Shown: positions 40,447 through 49,875 of the stretch, piece after piece
How positions within the stretch are numbered: position 1 is the first letter of the stretch
Layout: each line of letters opens with the position of its first letter
Source: Patescibacteria group bacterium
GTDB lineage: Bacteria > Patescibacteriota > Patescibacteriia > Patescibacteriales > WJLG01
NCBI GenBank assembly: GCA_028707065.1
Contig: JAQTUZ010000002.1
Span: forward strand, 6,513 to 70,512
Direction of reading: 5' to 3'
DNA length: 64,000 bases
Notes under the pieces: generated by a model
The model's database searches: none
Told to the model about the DNA's origin: nothing
What the model saw: the letters and a program-made list of their open reading frames with translations, nothing else
Translations under genes and position numbers: made by a program

Positions 40447-41061
40447 TTAAGGTTTTGGCAGGGAGTGCTCCAGTCCGCCGAATAAGCGTTTCCTGTATAT
40501 GGAAAAAAGTATTAACGTGTTCGCAATAAGTAAATAGATTTGAAATGCAGAATTTTCTATGTTCCATCTTGGAATAGACGGAAGAACCAACACTACTGCA
40601 ACCAGGCTAGCAATAAAGGTAACCCCAGTCTCTGTTTCGGGATGCGTCCAGGCTTTACGAATTGTAGGAAGTGATGCAAGGCCATCACCAAGAGCCGCTA
40701 GTAGTATTGCACTACGAGGAGAATCAGCTAACGCCCAAACAATTAGTGCCAACACCGAACATAAACCACACGCCAAATCAAATCTTGTTAGTTTCCAATA
40801 GCTCTGCTTATTAACAAATGAAACAAGAAAGACGAGTAAGGGTAAAAAACCAGCGAGGAAAATTCTAACCGTTGCCCAAACATCAGCGTGGGCATAAAGA
40901 GCGGCGGCAGTTCCTATAAGTGGGGCAAGTGCCCACATAGACCAAGAGATGCGGTTGGGTTTTGTTTTACCATTCAACGTATCTCGAATATAGGCAAATG
41001 AGCCAAGCACGCTTATAACCGCACTTATTATGACCAGCCAATGAATTAAAGGTAATCCCAT
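40447..41061 (-). CDS. hypothetical polytopic membrane protein
   Basis: 204 aa with about 6-7 hydrophobic helices, no motif recognised. It is the only gene between the two tRNA-Arg clusters. A hairpin with a T-rich tract lies downstream at about 40330-40364. Confidence 0.55.
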   Translation of the reverse strand: MGLPLIHWLVIISAVISVLGSFAYIRDTLNGKTKPNRISWSMWALAPLIGTAAALYAHADVWATVRIFLAGFLPLLVFLVSFVNKQSYWKLTRFDLACGLCSVLALIVWALADSPRSAILLAALGDGLASLPTIRKAWTHPETETGVTFIASLVAVVLVLPSIPRWNIENSAFQIYLLIANTLILFSIYRKRLFGGLEHSLPKP

Positions 41062-41104
41062 ATTTGTAGCTTATCGTAGATTCAAATAGTTTATTATGGA
41101 TTGG

Positions 41105-41200
41105 TGCTCTCGGCAGGAATCGAACCTGCATTACAAGATCCGCAATCTTGCGTCCTATCCATTGCCACCCAGTGGGTGGTCACCCTCTGGGTGAAACGAC
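41105..41200 (-). pseudogene. tRNA-Arg(GCG) near-full duplicate with a 30-bp double-hairpin element in the D arm and no 5' acceptor strand
   Basis: 41105-41164 is identical to the 3' 60 nt of the adjacent tRNA. Then comes the insert ccacccagtgggtggtcaccctctgggtga (41165-41194), then aacgac, then unrelated ttgtgtaa instead of gagagc. Confidence 0.65.
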
Positions 41201-41209
41201 TTGTGTAAG

Positions 41210-41281
41210 TGCTCTCGGCAGGAATCGAACCTGCATTACAAGATCCGCAATCTTGCGTCCTATCCATTGAACGACGAGAGC
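41210..41281 (-). tRNA. tRNA-Arg (anticodon GCG)
   Basis: 72 nt: acceptor GCTCTCG/CGAGAGC, D arm GTTC-AATGGATA-GGAC, anticodon arm CAAGA-TTGCGGA-TCTTG, T arm GCAGG-TTCGATT-CCTGC, discriminator A. Confidence 0.8.
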
Positions 41282-41290
41282 TCAATAATT

Positions 41291-41377
41291 TATCCATTGC
41301 CCGCTACATCGGCCTTTGGCCGTGAGCGGGTCCGCGCACGCCGCATCTGGCGGCGATGTCGCGGAAACGACGGGCGC
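41291..41377 (-). pseudogene. tRNA 5' fragment interrupted by a 66-bp double-hairpin element at the same D-arm position
   Basis: tatccattg[cccgct..agcgggtccgcg..cgcgga]aacgacgggcgc. Acceptor strand GCGCCCG. Insert at 41300-41365. Confidence 0.55.
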
Positions 41378-41388
41378 TTTTTTAAAAT

Positions 41389-41423
41389 ACCCCTCCTTTC
41401 CAAGGAGGGGATGGGGTGGTTTG
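41389..41423. repeat. family B hairpin element (intergenic)
   Basis: acccctcctttccaaggaggggatggggtggtttg. Confidence 0.85.
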
Positions 41424-41445
41424 ATTCACCGCTATGAACATCTTG

Positions 41446-42021
41446 CTATAACCGGAACAGTTTTGTCAACTGTTCGGACAGGGGGATGGTCGTTCTTTCC
41501 AGATTTTCTTTGACGTATTTAAGCAGATTCCGGCGGATGACGATCGGATTCATATCATCCAAGGGGATGGAAAAGCGGGTGCGGGCGAAATTGACCAGCC
41601 AAAAAAGCCAGCTATAGCGGGCCGGTTCGTTGGCCGGCAAAGCGGGTCGGGCAAATCTCTTGAATTCCAAATAAAGATTTTTTACTCCCTCGTCCGGCTC
41701 ATAAATTATAAAAAAATCCTGAATAAGGCCATAATCATAAAATTCTTTGCCCACTGTCACGCCCCGATCGCTTAAAGTGACATTAAGCGATCCTGGTCTG
41801 CCACCGTCAAAAATTACGAGCAAGACCGCCGCAAAAATAATAATGATGGCAAAAATCAGATTTTGCGTAAAAATCGCGTAGGTCAAAAGAGCGATGGCGA
41901 TGAGCGAGTAGATCGCGTACCAAAGCTTTGTTTTCCCTTCGCTTTGATATTCGGGTATTTGCCAGCTGATGACGTCGGTTTCGGATTTGATGTCTTGAGT
42001 CGGCTTGTATTCTTCGGCCAT
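41446..42021 (-). CDS. hypothetical membrane protein (two TM helices + soluble C-terminal domain)
   Basis: 191 aa. TM hairpin LWYAIYSLIAIALLTYAIF / LIFAIIIIFAAVLLVIF. No motif recognised. Confidence 0.55.
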   Translation of the reverse strand: MAEEYKPTQDIKSETDVISWQIPEYQSEGKTKLWYAIYSLIAIALLTYAIFTQNLIFAIIIIFAAVLLVIFDGGRPGSLNVTLSDRGVTVGKEFYDYGLIQDFFIIYEPDEGVKNLYLEFKRFARPALPANEPARYSWLFWLVNFARTRFSIPLDDMNPIVIRRNLLKYVKENLERTTIPLSEQLTKLFRL

Positions 42022-42138
42022 ATTGTTTGACAGTCAATTTTTTATCTTATATTATGATTATATCATATTTGTAAGTTAACGTAAAATATACCAATAGATA
42101 AATCGAAAATCTGAAATCTTAAATCGAAAATCGAAAGA

Positions 42139-42228
42139 GGAGAGGTGGCTGAGTGGCTGAAAGCAGCACACTGCTAATGTGTTAACCTAGCAATAGGTTC
42201 ATGGGTTCGAATCCCATCCTCTCCGCCA
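42139..42228 (+). tRNA. tRNA-Ser (anticodon GCT), class II with long variable arm, CCA encoded
   Basis: GGAGAGG..CCTCTCC acceptor, anticodon loop CTGCTAA, variable-arm hairpin aacct-agcaat-aggtt, T arm ATGGG-TTCGAAT-CCCAT, then GCCA. Confidence 0.9.
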
Positions 42229-42468
42229 AGATAACTAAGTATCGTGCAGACCCGAGTGGCTTTAAAGTGGGGAGTTCGCTGATAATAAAAAAATAACGAT
42301 TTTAAAGTCGTTATTTTTTTATAGCAGAGGAATTTATACTCATTTGATAAGCGATTTTGAAGCCCACAGGCCGTCGCCAATCCGATACCAGCCATTTTTT
42401 TCTTCAAACGCTTGTATTGCAGCATCTCATCATTTACAAGACTCGTTTTTCGCGTTATTATTTTGAAT

Positions 42469-44730
42469 ATGTTCAAACATTTAAAAACGAAAAAATGGGT
42501 TGTTTATGTGTCAACTTTTCCGCCCCGCGAGTGCGGAATTGCCACCTTTACCGAGGATTTAATGGATTACTTCGACGAAATGTATAAGCCTCATGAAGAG
42601 GCGAAAGTTATTGCCATGAATCTTGATCGGACTTCCCGATATGCTTATGATCAATCGAGGGTTATTTATCAGATTCCCCAGCCGAGCGAATCCCGTTATG
42701 AGGACGCCGCAAAATACCTGAATTCTCTTGACCAAGTAGCCCTTGTCCACGTTCAGCATGAATTTGGAATTTTTGGCGGATTATATGGCGGTCATCTGAT
42801 TCTTTTTCTGCGTGAGCTCAAAAAACCAGCGATAGTTACTTTTCATACGGTATTACCTTCGCCTAATCCCGAGCTGAAAGATATGGTGGGCGCGATCAAT
42901 AATCACGTACAGAAGATCGTGGTCATAACGGAAACCTCAAAGCGGATACTGATTGCCGAATACGGAATCGACCCGGAAAAAATCGTCATTATTGCCCACG
43001 GCATCCATCCGGTTAATTTTTCTAACGGCCAAAAAAATCGCGCGGATTTAGGGCTCGAAAAATCCGTGGTTATTTCAACCTTCGGCTTGATTGGAAGAGG
43101 CAAGGGGATAGAGTACGGCATTGAGGCCATGGCGGAAGTCGTCAAAAAAAATCCCAACGCCATTTATCTTATCATCGGCGCTACGCATCCGGTTGTTTTA
43201 AAAAACGAAGGCGAAGCTTATCGGAATTCGTTAGAGCAAAAGGTCCATGATCTTGGCCTCGAGGATCATGTTTTCTTTTATGATAAATATCTTGAACTCC
43301 ACGAGTTGCTTTATTTTCTGGATGCCACGAATATTTATTTGGCGCTTTCCCAAGATCCGAATCAAGCTGTTTCCGGAACTTTATCTTATGCGCTGGGCTG
43401 CGGCCGTCCGGTTGTTTCTACGTCGTTCGCCCAGGCCAAGGAAGATGTCACCGAAGATATCGGCATCTTAGTCGGTTTTAAGGATGTAACCGGCATAGCT
43501 GAAGCTCTTTCTCATTTGATAAATAATTCAGAGCTTCGCGGCCAGATGGGCAAGAATGCTTATTTTAAGACGCGAGTCAGAACGTGGAGAAATTCCGTGC
43601 TCCGCCATATGAATGAATATATCCGCCTGGTGCCCTCTTTGGGAGAAGAAGAAAAAAATCTGCCCAGGATACGGCTTACCCATCTTAACGCCATGACTGA
43701 CAGCTTTGGCATCATCCAATTCGCCAATCTGATAACGCCGGATCCGTCCTCCGGATATACTCTTGATGATAACGCACGGGCATTGGCGGCGGCGGTAAAA
43801 TATTATGAAATTTCCGGCAAGAAAAAAGTTTTTCCGCTCATTCATACTTATCTGAATTTTATCGAGTATGTTCAAAAGGACGGCGGAGGTTTTCATAATT
43901 ACGTGGATGCTAAAAGAAAAATTATCGGTAATGAGCAGCTTGATGAAAATCTCGAAAGCGCCAGCACCAGGGCGATGCATGCTTTGGCGGCAACCGCCGC
44001 TTCTCCTTCTTTGCCGCAACAGTTCCGCGAAAAGGCGATTGCAATGTTTAAAAAGAACCTGCCTATGCTATTAGCCGTAACTTCTCCCCGCTCAATCGCC
44101 TATGCTATCAAGGCGCTCCGTTTTTGGAATTCCGCTTATCCTTCTCCCGATACGGTCCAGGCCGCGGCCAAGCTTGCCGACAAGCTGGTTGAATATTACG
44201 AAAAGACCAGCGCTCCCGATTGGCATTGGTTTGAAGATATCCTGGCTTATGCCAACGGCATCATGCCCGATTCCCTGATCGACGCGTATTTGCTTACTAA
44301 GAACGAAAAATATTTGAGCATCGCCCGCGAATCGCTCGATTTTCTCATCGGCAACAGCTTTAAGGAAAATATTTGCGTCCCGATCGGCCAGAACGGCTGG
44401 CTGAAGCGCGGCGAAAAGAAATATAACTACGATCAGCAGCCGGAAGAGGCGGCCAGTCTGGTTATAGCTTTAAAGTCAATGCACGAGGCCACTCGCGATG
44501 AAAAATACGCGCGCCGGATGCGCCAGGCTTTTGATTGGTTTTTAGGGAACAATCTTCTTCGCCGCGTCGTTTATGATCAGAATTCCGGCGGCTGCTTTGA
44601 CGGCCTCGGCGAAAACGAGGTTAATCTTAATCAGGGCGCGGAATCCACTATCATGTATCTTCTGGCGCGCCTTGAATTCGAGCAGTCTTTAGTAGGGCGG
44701 CAAAACGAGGACATTAAGGACGCGGTTTAG
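42469..44730 (+). CDS. GT4-family glycosyltransferase fused to a large C-terminal domain of unknown function
   Basis: ORF track start 42412; I prefer ATG 42469 (MFKHLKTKKWVVYVSTFPPRECGIATFTEDL). The GT-B/GT4 pattern extends to about residue 400 (..GRGKGIEY.., ..EDHVFF..YLALSQDPNQAVSGTLSYALGCGRPVVST..). About 350 further residues carry no recognised motif. Confidence 0.75.
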   Translation: MFKHLKTKKWVVYVSTFPPRECGIATFTEDLMDYFDEMYKPHEEAKVIAMNLDRTSRYAYDQSRVIYQIPQPSESRYEDAAKYLNSLDQVALVHVQHEFGIFGGLYGGHLILFLRELKKPAIVTFHTVLPSPNPELKDMVGAINNHVQKIVVITETSKRILIAEYGIDPEKIVIIAHGIHPVNFSNGQKNRADLGLEKSVVISTFGLIGRGKGIEYGIEAMAEVVKKNPNAIYLIIGATHPVVLKNEGEAYRNSLEQKVHDLGLEDHVFFYDKYLELHELLYFLDATNIYLALSQDPNQAVSGTLSYALGCGRPVVSTSFAQAKEDVTEDIGILVGFKDVTGIAEALSHLINNSELRGQMGKNAYFKTRVRTWRNSVLRHMNEYIRLVPSLGEEEKNLPRIRLTHLNAMTDSFGIIQFANLITPDPSSGYTLDDNARALAAAVKYYEISGKKKVFPLIHTYLNFIEYVQKDGGGFHNYVDAKRKIIGNEQLDENLESASTRAMHALAATAASPSLPQQFREKAIAMFKKNLPMLLAVTSPRSIAYAIKALRFWNSAYPSPDTVQAAAKLADKLVEYYEKTSAPDWHWFEDILAYANGIMPDSLIDAYLLTKNEKYLSIARESLDFLIGNSFKENICVPIGQNGWLKRGEKKYNYDQQPEEAASLVIALKSMHEATRDEKYARRMRQAFDWFLGNNLLRRVVYDQNSGGCFDGLGENEVNLNQGAESTIMYLLARLEFEQSLVGRQNEDIKDAV

Positions 44731-44776
44731 AGTATTTTTTGGTGAAGTAATTTTTCATAGGACGGATACCGCTCAT

Positions 44777-44805
44777 AAGCCTTATTTTTGGGAGGCTTTT
44801 TTATT
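44777..44805 (+). terminator. Rho-independent terminator
   Basis: aagcct-loop-aggctt followed by ttttttatttg. Confidence 0.5.
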
Positions 44806-44851
44806 TGTCTTAATTGGATTTTTATGATTTTTTGTGTTATTTTTAAGATAT

Positions 44852-47245
44852 ATGACTGATCAAGATTATCCCGGACTATCAACCATTGAGGCGGAAAAAA
44901 GATTGGAAAAATTCGGGCTGAACGATGTTGAAGAAAGGAAGAGCGGCTTGGTGAAAAAGTTTTTAGCGCCTCTATACTCTCCCATCTCGCTCATGCTTTT
45001 GGGAGCGGCTTTTTTGTCGTATATAAACGGCAAGATTTTCGATTTTTATTTCATTATCGCCCTGTATTTCGTTAATTACTCAATCCAAAAATGGCAGGAA
45101 TTCAAAGCGGACAAAGCCATCAAGGAGTTGCAGGACAAACTGTCGTTCGATGTCTGGACTTGGCGCGACGGAAAATGGGATTATGTCAATGCCAAACGGT
45201 TAGTTCCCGGCGATCGCATCCGCCTGGGTTTAGGCAGTATTATTCCGGCCGATGGAACAGTCCTGTCAGCCAAGAATCTTTCCGTGAATGAAGCGGTCCT
45301 GACCGGAGAATCGCTGCCAAAAGATAAAAAAACAGGTGATAAGATATTTTCCGGTTCGTTCATCGCCGCCGGTAATTTTGAAGCCGAGATCACGGCTACG
45401 GGAAAAGATACGAATTTCGGCAAGACAATATTTTCTATCGAACAATCGACGGAAAAAAGCATTTTGGAAAAAGACATTTTAAACATTACCCGATTCTTAA
45501 CAATTGTCAGCATTGTGTCAGTAATAATTCTTTCCGTTGTTTTTTTTCTCCGTGGTTTTTCCATCGCCGATCTTCTGACGCTTGACCTGAGCTTGATAAT
45601 CGCGGGCATCCCGATCGCCTTGCCAGCAGTGATGGCAATAATCTTGAGTATCGGGGCCGGCGGCTTGGCCAAAAAGCAAGTGGTGGTTAGGCGGCTCTCG
45701 GCCTTGCAGGATTTGGCCAATGTCAATTTGCTTTTGACTGATAAGACAGGGACGCTGACCAAGAATGAAATCAGCGTCGTCAGCGTCGTTTGCTATCAGC
45801 CGAATTTGAGCACCGATGATGTTATTGAATTGGCGAGCTATGCCGCTTCCAACGATATTCCCGATGCGATTGACTCGGCAGTTGTCAAAAAATTCAAGGA
45901 GACCGGCCGGCAGCCAGCCAAGATTGAAATTATCCATTACACTCCTTACGACTCAGACCGGAAGAGATCGACAGCCTTCATTAAGAAGGGCGAAGAAAAA
46001 ATACTGATCAGCCTGGGCGCGCCGCAAGTGATAATGGCTTTTGATGAATTCGGCTCGAAAGAAACGGCGGAAAAGTTCGAAAAAGATATTCAGGATGCGG
46101 CCAATGAGGGCTATCGGGTTTTGGCAGTGGCGGTCAAGAATGGCGGCGGCGATGAAGAAAAGCATATGCGGATCGCCGGCTTGCTTTTGCTGGCCGATCC
46201 CTTGGACGAAACTTCGAAAGAAGCGATGAGGTTTATGCGGGATAACGGCATCGGCGTCAAAATGCTTACTGGCGATAATAAGGTCATTGCCGAACGGATC
46301 GCCAATGAGCTGGAATTTTCCGGAACGATTTTGGCCGCGGCGGAAGCGAGAAAATTATATGAAAACAAAAAAACTTTTCAAAAGAAGCTGAATGACATTT
46401 CGGTTTTCGCAGAAATCCTGCCCAAAGATAAATATGAGATCGCCAAAGCCTTCGAGAAGAAATACGTTGTCGCCGTTACCGGCGATGGCATCAATGATCT
46501 ACCCGCTCTTAAAGTTGCCGATGTCGGCATTGCCGTTTCCGGCGCCGTCAGCGCCCTGAAAAGTCTGGCAGACATAGTTTTGCTCGGCCAAGGACTCTCG
46601 GTTATCAAAGACGCTATTTTGGAATCGCGGAAGATTTTTGTCCGTCTTTATAATTATACGGTTTATCGCATCTCCGAAAGTTTCCGGCTCATCATCACTA
46701 TTTTGATCCTCGGTTTATGGATCGGCGCTTATCCGCTTCAGCCCTTGCAGCTTATCCTTTTGGCTTTTCTTAATGATATTCCGATAATCTCCTTGGCTTT
46801 TGACCGGGTAAAAATTTCCGCCAAGCCATCAGAAATAAATAACAAAGAAAGATTGGTTTCTAGTTTGTTGTTCGGTTTGGTAGGAGTATTGAACAGTATG
46901 CTGATGTTTTTTCTGATGGCTAATATTTTTCATCTATCTTTGCCGGTTATCCAAACGATGTTTTTCCTTAAGCTGACCGTGTCCGGCCATGCCTTGATTT
47001 TTGTGGCTCATACCAAGGAGCGCTGGTTTAAATTCTTGCCTGCCAAGCAGGTGATCATCGCCACCTTGGCCACGCAAGCGATTGCGACTACCTTGGCCAT
47101 TACCGGTTTTATGATGCCGGCGGGAATCAATCCTTTGTATGCCTTTTTCGTCTGGTGCTGGGCTTTATTCTGGATGCAGATCGGTGAATTAACCAAAGAT
47201 TTACAGACAAAGTATGTGAAAATAATAAAAAATGGAACAAGATAA
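44852..47245 (+). CDS. cation-transporting P-type ATPase (type III H+/Mg2+-like)
   Basis: ORF track start GTG 44834; ATG at 44852. Motifs LTGES, DKTGTLT (phosphorylation site), MLTGDN, TGDGINDLPALKVADVGIAV, with 8-10 TM helices. Confidence 0.9.
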   Translation: MTDQDYPGLSTIEAEKRLEKFGLNDVEERKSGLVKKFLAPLYSPISLMLLGAAFLSYINGKIFDFYFIIALYFVNYSIQKWQEFKADKAIKELQDKLSFDVWTWRDGKWDYVNAKRLVPGDRIRLGLGSIIPADGTVLSAKNLSVNEAVLTGESLPKDKKTGDKIFSGSFIAAGNFEAEITATGKDTNFGKTIFSIEQSTEKSILEKDILNITRFLTIVSIVSVIILSVVFFLRGFSIADLLTLDLSLIIAGIPIALPAVMAIILSIGAGGLAKKQVVVRRLSALQDLANVNLLLTDKTGTLTKNEISVVSVVCYQPNLSTDDVIELASYAASNDIPDAIDSAVVKKFKETGRQPAKIEIIHYTPYDSDRKRSTAFIKKGEEKILISLGAPQVIMAFDEFGSKETAEKFEKDIQDAANEGYRVLAVAVKNGGGDEEKHMRIAGLLLLADPLDETSKEAMRFMRDNGIGVKMLTGDNKVIAERIANELEFSGTILAAAEARKLYENKKTFQKKLNDISVFAEILPKDKYEIAKAFEKKYVVAVTGDGINDLPALKVADVGIAVSGAVSALKSLADIVLLGQGLSVIKDAILESRKIFVRLYNYTVYRISESFRLIITILILGLWIGAYPLQPLQLILLAFLNDIPIISLAFDRVKISAKPSEINNKERLVSSLLFGLVGVLNSMLMFFLMANIFHLSLPVIQTMFFLKLTVSGHALIFVAHTKERWFKFLPAKQVIIATLATQAIATTLAITGFMMPAGINPLYAFFVWCWALFWMQIGELTKDLQTKYVKIIKNGTR

Positions 47246-47840
47246 AAAAATAAAAAAAATATTTGCATTAATTTTTCCTCACACAAGGCTGAATAATAGC
47301 CTGCGAATTTTGGTAACAACTAACGCCATTTTCGTTTTTATTATAGGCCTGTTTGCGCCATTTTATGCAGTGTTTATCCAGCATATCGGCGGGAACATTG
47401 CTTTTGCCGGATTATCGTGGGCTATATTTTCAATTGTTAGCGGCGTGCTGATATTTCTTTTTTCGAAGTGGGAATTAAAGGTAAAAGAGCCAGAGCTTTT
47501 GATTGCATTGGGATATATTTTGCGCAGCGGCGTATTCTTGAGCTATGCTTTTATGACAAGCATTACCCAGCTAATTGTCACCCAAGTTTTTTGGGGAGTG
47601 GCAACGGCTTTGGGAACACCGGCATTTGATTCTGTCTATGCTAACCACACAACTAAAGAAAATTCCATTGTTGAATGGGGACAATGGGAGGGTATTTCAG
47701 CTATTGTCACGGGCACAGCGGCGCTTGTCGGCGGATTCTTTATTCAAACATTCGGCTACCAGGTAATTTTTATTATTATGGCGATAATATCTGCTAGTTT
47801 GGGAATTTATATTTGGAAGTTGCCGCGTGAAGTTTTATAA
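47232..47840 (+). CDS. six-TM membrane protein (MFS-half-like)
   Basis: 202 aa with six hydrophobic helices. Overlaps the ATPase stop by 14 nt. Confidence 0.5.
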   Translation: MEQDKKIKKIFALIFPHTRLNNSLRILVTTNAIFVFIIGLFAPFYAVFIQHIGGNIAFAGLSWAIFSIVSGVLIFLFSKWELKVKEPELLIALGYILRSGVFLSYAFMTSITQLIVTQVFWGVATALGTPAFDSVYANHTTKENSIVEWGQWEGISAIVTGTAALVGGFFIQTFGYQVIFIIMAIISASLGIYIWKLPREVL

Positions 47841-47873
47841 AATAAATAATTATTTTAATAAAATTATAAATTT

Positions 47874-48332
47874 ATGCGCCGAAAATTTATCCTATCCGTA
47901 TTAAACGTTTTAACACTCTGTGTTGTCATCGCCGCCGTTAGCATATCTTTTGTTGAAAACAACAAATGGATGGGCATTGTGTTAATTGTTCTTGCTATTC
48001 TTTGCGTTGTTTCTCTTATACCTTTTAAAATTAATTTAAAATCCGCCTTGCCTGATATTTTTTTTGGCGTAATTGATAATGGTATTTTGGCCATTTTAGC
48101 TATATTTGGCGGTCATTTTGCGGGCGTAGTCGGCGCAATTATCGGCGGAGTTGTCGGCAACGCTATAACCGATGGCATCGCTGGCATATTTGAAGGACAT
48201 ATGGCAGAAAGATTAAGATTACGGTTTGTTAATGAGGAGAGAACGATGCTTAAGTCGGCCGTCGGGAAAATGGCAGGCTGTCTTTTGGGTGCGGGAGCTG
48301 TTTTGGCCGCAAACAGTATTATAAAATTTTAA
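47874..48332 (+). CDS. hypothetical membrane protein with Gly-zipper segment
   Basis: 152 aa with TM helices and GVVGAIIGGVVGNAITDGIAGIF. Its stop overlaps the convergent recombinase stop (48329-48332). Confidence 0.5.
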   Translation: MRRKFILSVLNVLTLCVVIAAVSISFVENNKWMGIVLIVLAILCVVSLIPFKINLKSALPDIFFGVIDNGILAILAIFGGHFAGVVGAIIGGVVGNAITDGIAGIFEGHMAERLRLRFVNEERTMLKSAVGKMAGCLLGAGAVLAANSIIKF

Positions 48333-49690
48333 GTTCTTTCATATTTTAAAAGAGTTAAAGTTTTGTCTTTGTAGACTATTTTTGATCTTAGATTTCCAAG
48401 CAGTTCGCGTTTTTCCGATACCGACCCCTCTTTAAGAATATATTTAGCGTAATTACGAATATCCATATCATCCCTGGTTTTTACTTTATCTGTACTGCCC
48501 AGCACCGATCTTTGGAAGATATTGAACCGGGCAATTTCGTCTTCTAGCCGTTTTCTCATGCCAAGTTCGTTGATATCTACCTTGTCTAATATTTTTAACA
48601 GTTCTTCTATTAATTCTTCTTCCCGGATATATTTATTTTTGCAATTCCGGTCTCTCGCCCTAGAACAAGAATAATAGACATATCTGTTGTGCGTGCCGTC
48701 TTTAAGCTGTTTGTATTTTTCTTCGGCCGAGATGCCCGATCCGCAATAGCCGCAAGTGAATAATTTGGTGAAGGAAAATTCATGATTTTTTCTCGTGATA
48801 TTATCCCTCTCTAATTGCGCCTTAGCCTTTTCGAATAACTCCTGGGTGATAATCGGCTCGTGTTTGCCGGTATACCAATTGCCGCTGTTCAGCGGACGTT
48901 CGAATACTCCATAATAGAAAGGATTATTCAGGATGCGATAGACTCCGCTTAATGTCAGCGGTTTGTTGCCCCGAGTATAAAAATTCAGTTCATGCCTGAG
49001 CCAGTTATATATCTTTCGGCCTGAATAATTATCAAAAGCGACTTTCTCAAACATTTTTTTGATAACCGGCGCCCTTTGCGGGTCTAATATAATTTGGCAT
49101 TTTTTATCCATCCGATTTTGATTCAGATAACCCAACGGCGCCAGCCCTGCCCAGAGCCCCATCTCGGCTCTAGTCCGCAGACCGCGTTTAACATTTACTC
49201 CTCGGTTATCGTTTTCTAATTTTGCCTGCGATCCTAAAATCATTAGTAAAAATTTTTCATTGGGGTTGTTGCCGAACCTTTGGCCGTAAGTTCGGATGTC
49301 TTGCAGTAACCCCGAATCCATTAAATCGACGATTCTGCCTAAGTCCCCGGCATTCCTGGAAATGCGATCCGGTGCCCATGTCAGAATACCATTAAATTTT
49401 TTCTGCTTGATTTCATCGATAATCTCATTAAAAACCGGCCGTTGGCCGGTTTCTTTGGCAGAATGGGATTCTCGCTTCATGGTCACTACTTCCAGATTTT
49501 CCTTTTCGGCCAGCAAAAGCATCTCTTTAATTTGACTGTCGATTGAAAGGACTTGCCGTTCCTCGGATTCGCTCGATTTCCTAGCATATAAGCAGTACTT
49601 CACCGGAACGTCCAAAGAAACTGAATTTGACCCCGAATTTCGCCCCGGGCTCGCGGATAATACCGCCGTGTTTGTTGCCTGTTGTTGCAT
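48329..49690 (-). CDS. large serine recombinase (phage-integrase type)
   Basis: 453 aa. Resolvase-type catalytic N-terminus (YCLYARKSSESEERQVLSIDSQ, catalytic Ser context YxRxSS..Q), a recombinase domain, then the zinc-ribbon CGYCGSG..YYSCSRARDRNCKNKY and a coiled-coil tail. Confidence 0.85.
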   Translation of the reverse strand: MQQQATNTAVLSASPGRNSGSNSVSLDVPVKYCLYARKSSESEERQVLSIDSQIKEMLLLAEKENLEVVTMKRESHSAKETGQRPVFNEIIDEIKQKKFNGILTWAPDRISRNAGDLGRIVDLMDSGLLQDIRTYGQRFGNNPNEKFLLMILGSQAKLENDNRGVNVKRGLRTRAEMGLWAGLAPLGYLNQNRMDKKCQIILDPQRAPVIKKMFEKVAFDNYSGRKIYNWLRHELNFYTRGNKPLTLSGVYRILNNPFYYGVFERPLNSGNWYTGKHEPIITQELFEKAKAQLERDNITRKNHEFSFTKLFTCGYCGSGISAEEKYKQLKDGTHNRYVYYSCSRARDRNCKNKYIREEELIEELLKILDKVDINELGMRKRLEDEIARFNIFQRSVLGSTDKVKTRDDMDIRNYAKYILKEGSVSEKRELLGNLRSKIVYKDKTLTLLKYERT

Positions 49691-49726
49691 AATGTTGTTG
49701 GTTAGTTACTTAATTACAACAACATT
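49691..49726. promoter_or_regulatory. perfect 10-bp inverted repeat abutting the recombinase start codon
   Basis: aatgttgttg-(16 nt)-caacaacatt. Candidate autoregulatory operator or recombination-site half. Confidence 0.35.
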
Positions 49727-49875
49727 GATGACGCAACGGTTGGAAGGAGTCCAGAGGGTCCCGAGTAGGTAAAATGTTGATAACCCTAAGTAAAATAGAC
49801 TGAAAATTGTCTATAATCCGCCTTTACTTTTGGCTAAAAGTATTGTAAATTAGATATATAACCATAAAAAATATT

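Noticed and set aside
41094-41297. 67-aa ORF with duplicated MDRTQDCGSCNAGSIPAEST peptide.
   Set aside because: It is the antisense or sense reading of the tRNA-Arg(GCG) gene and its adjacent duplicate.
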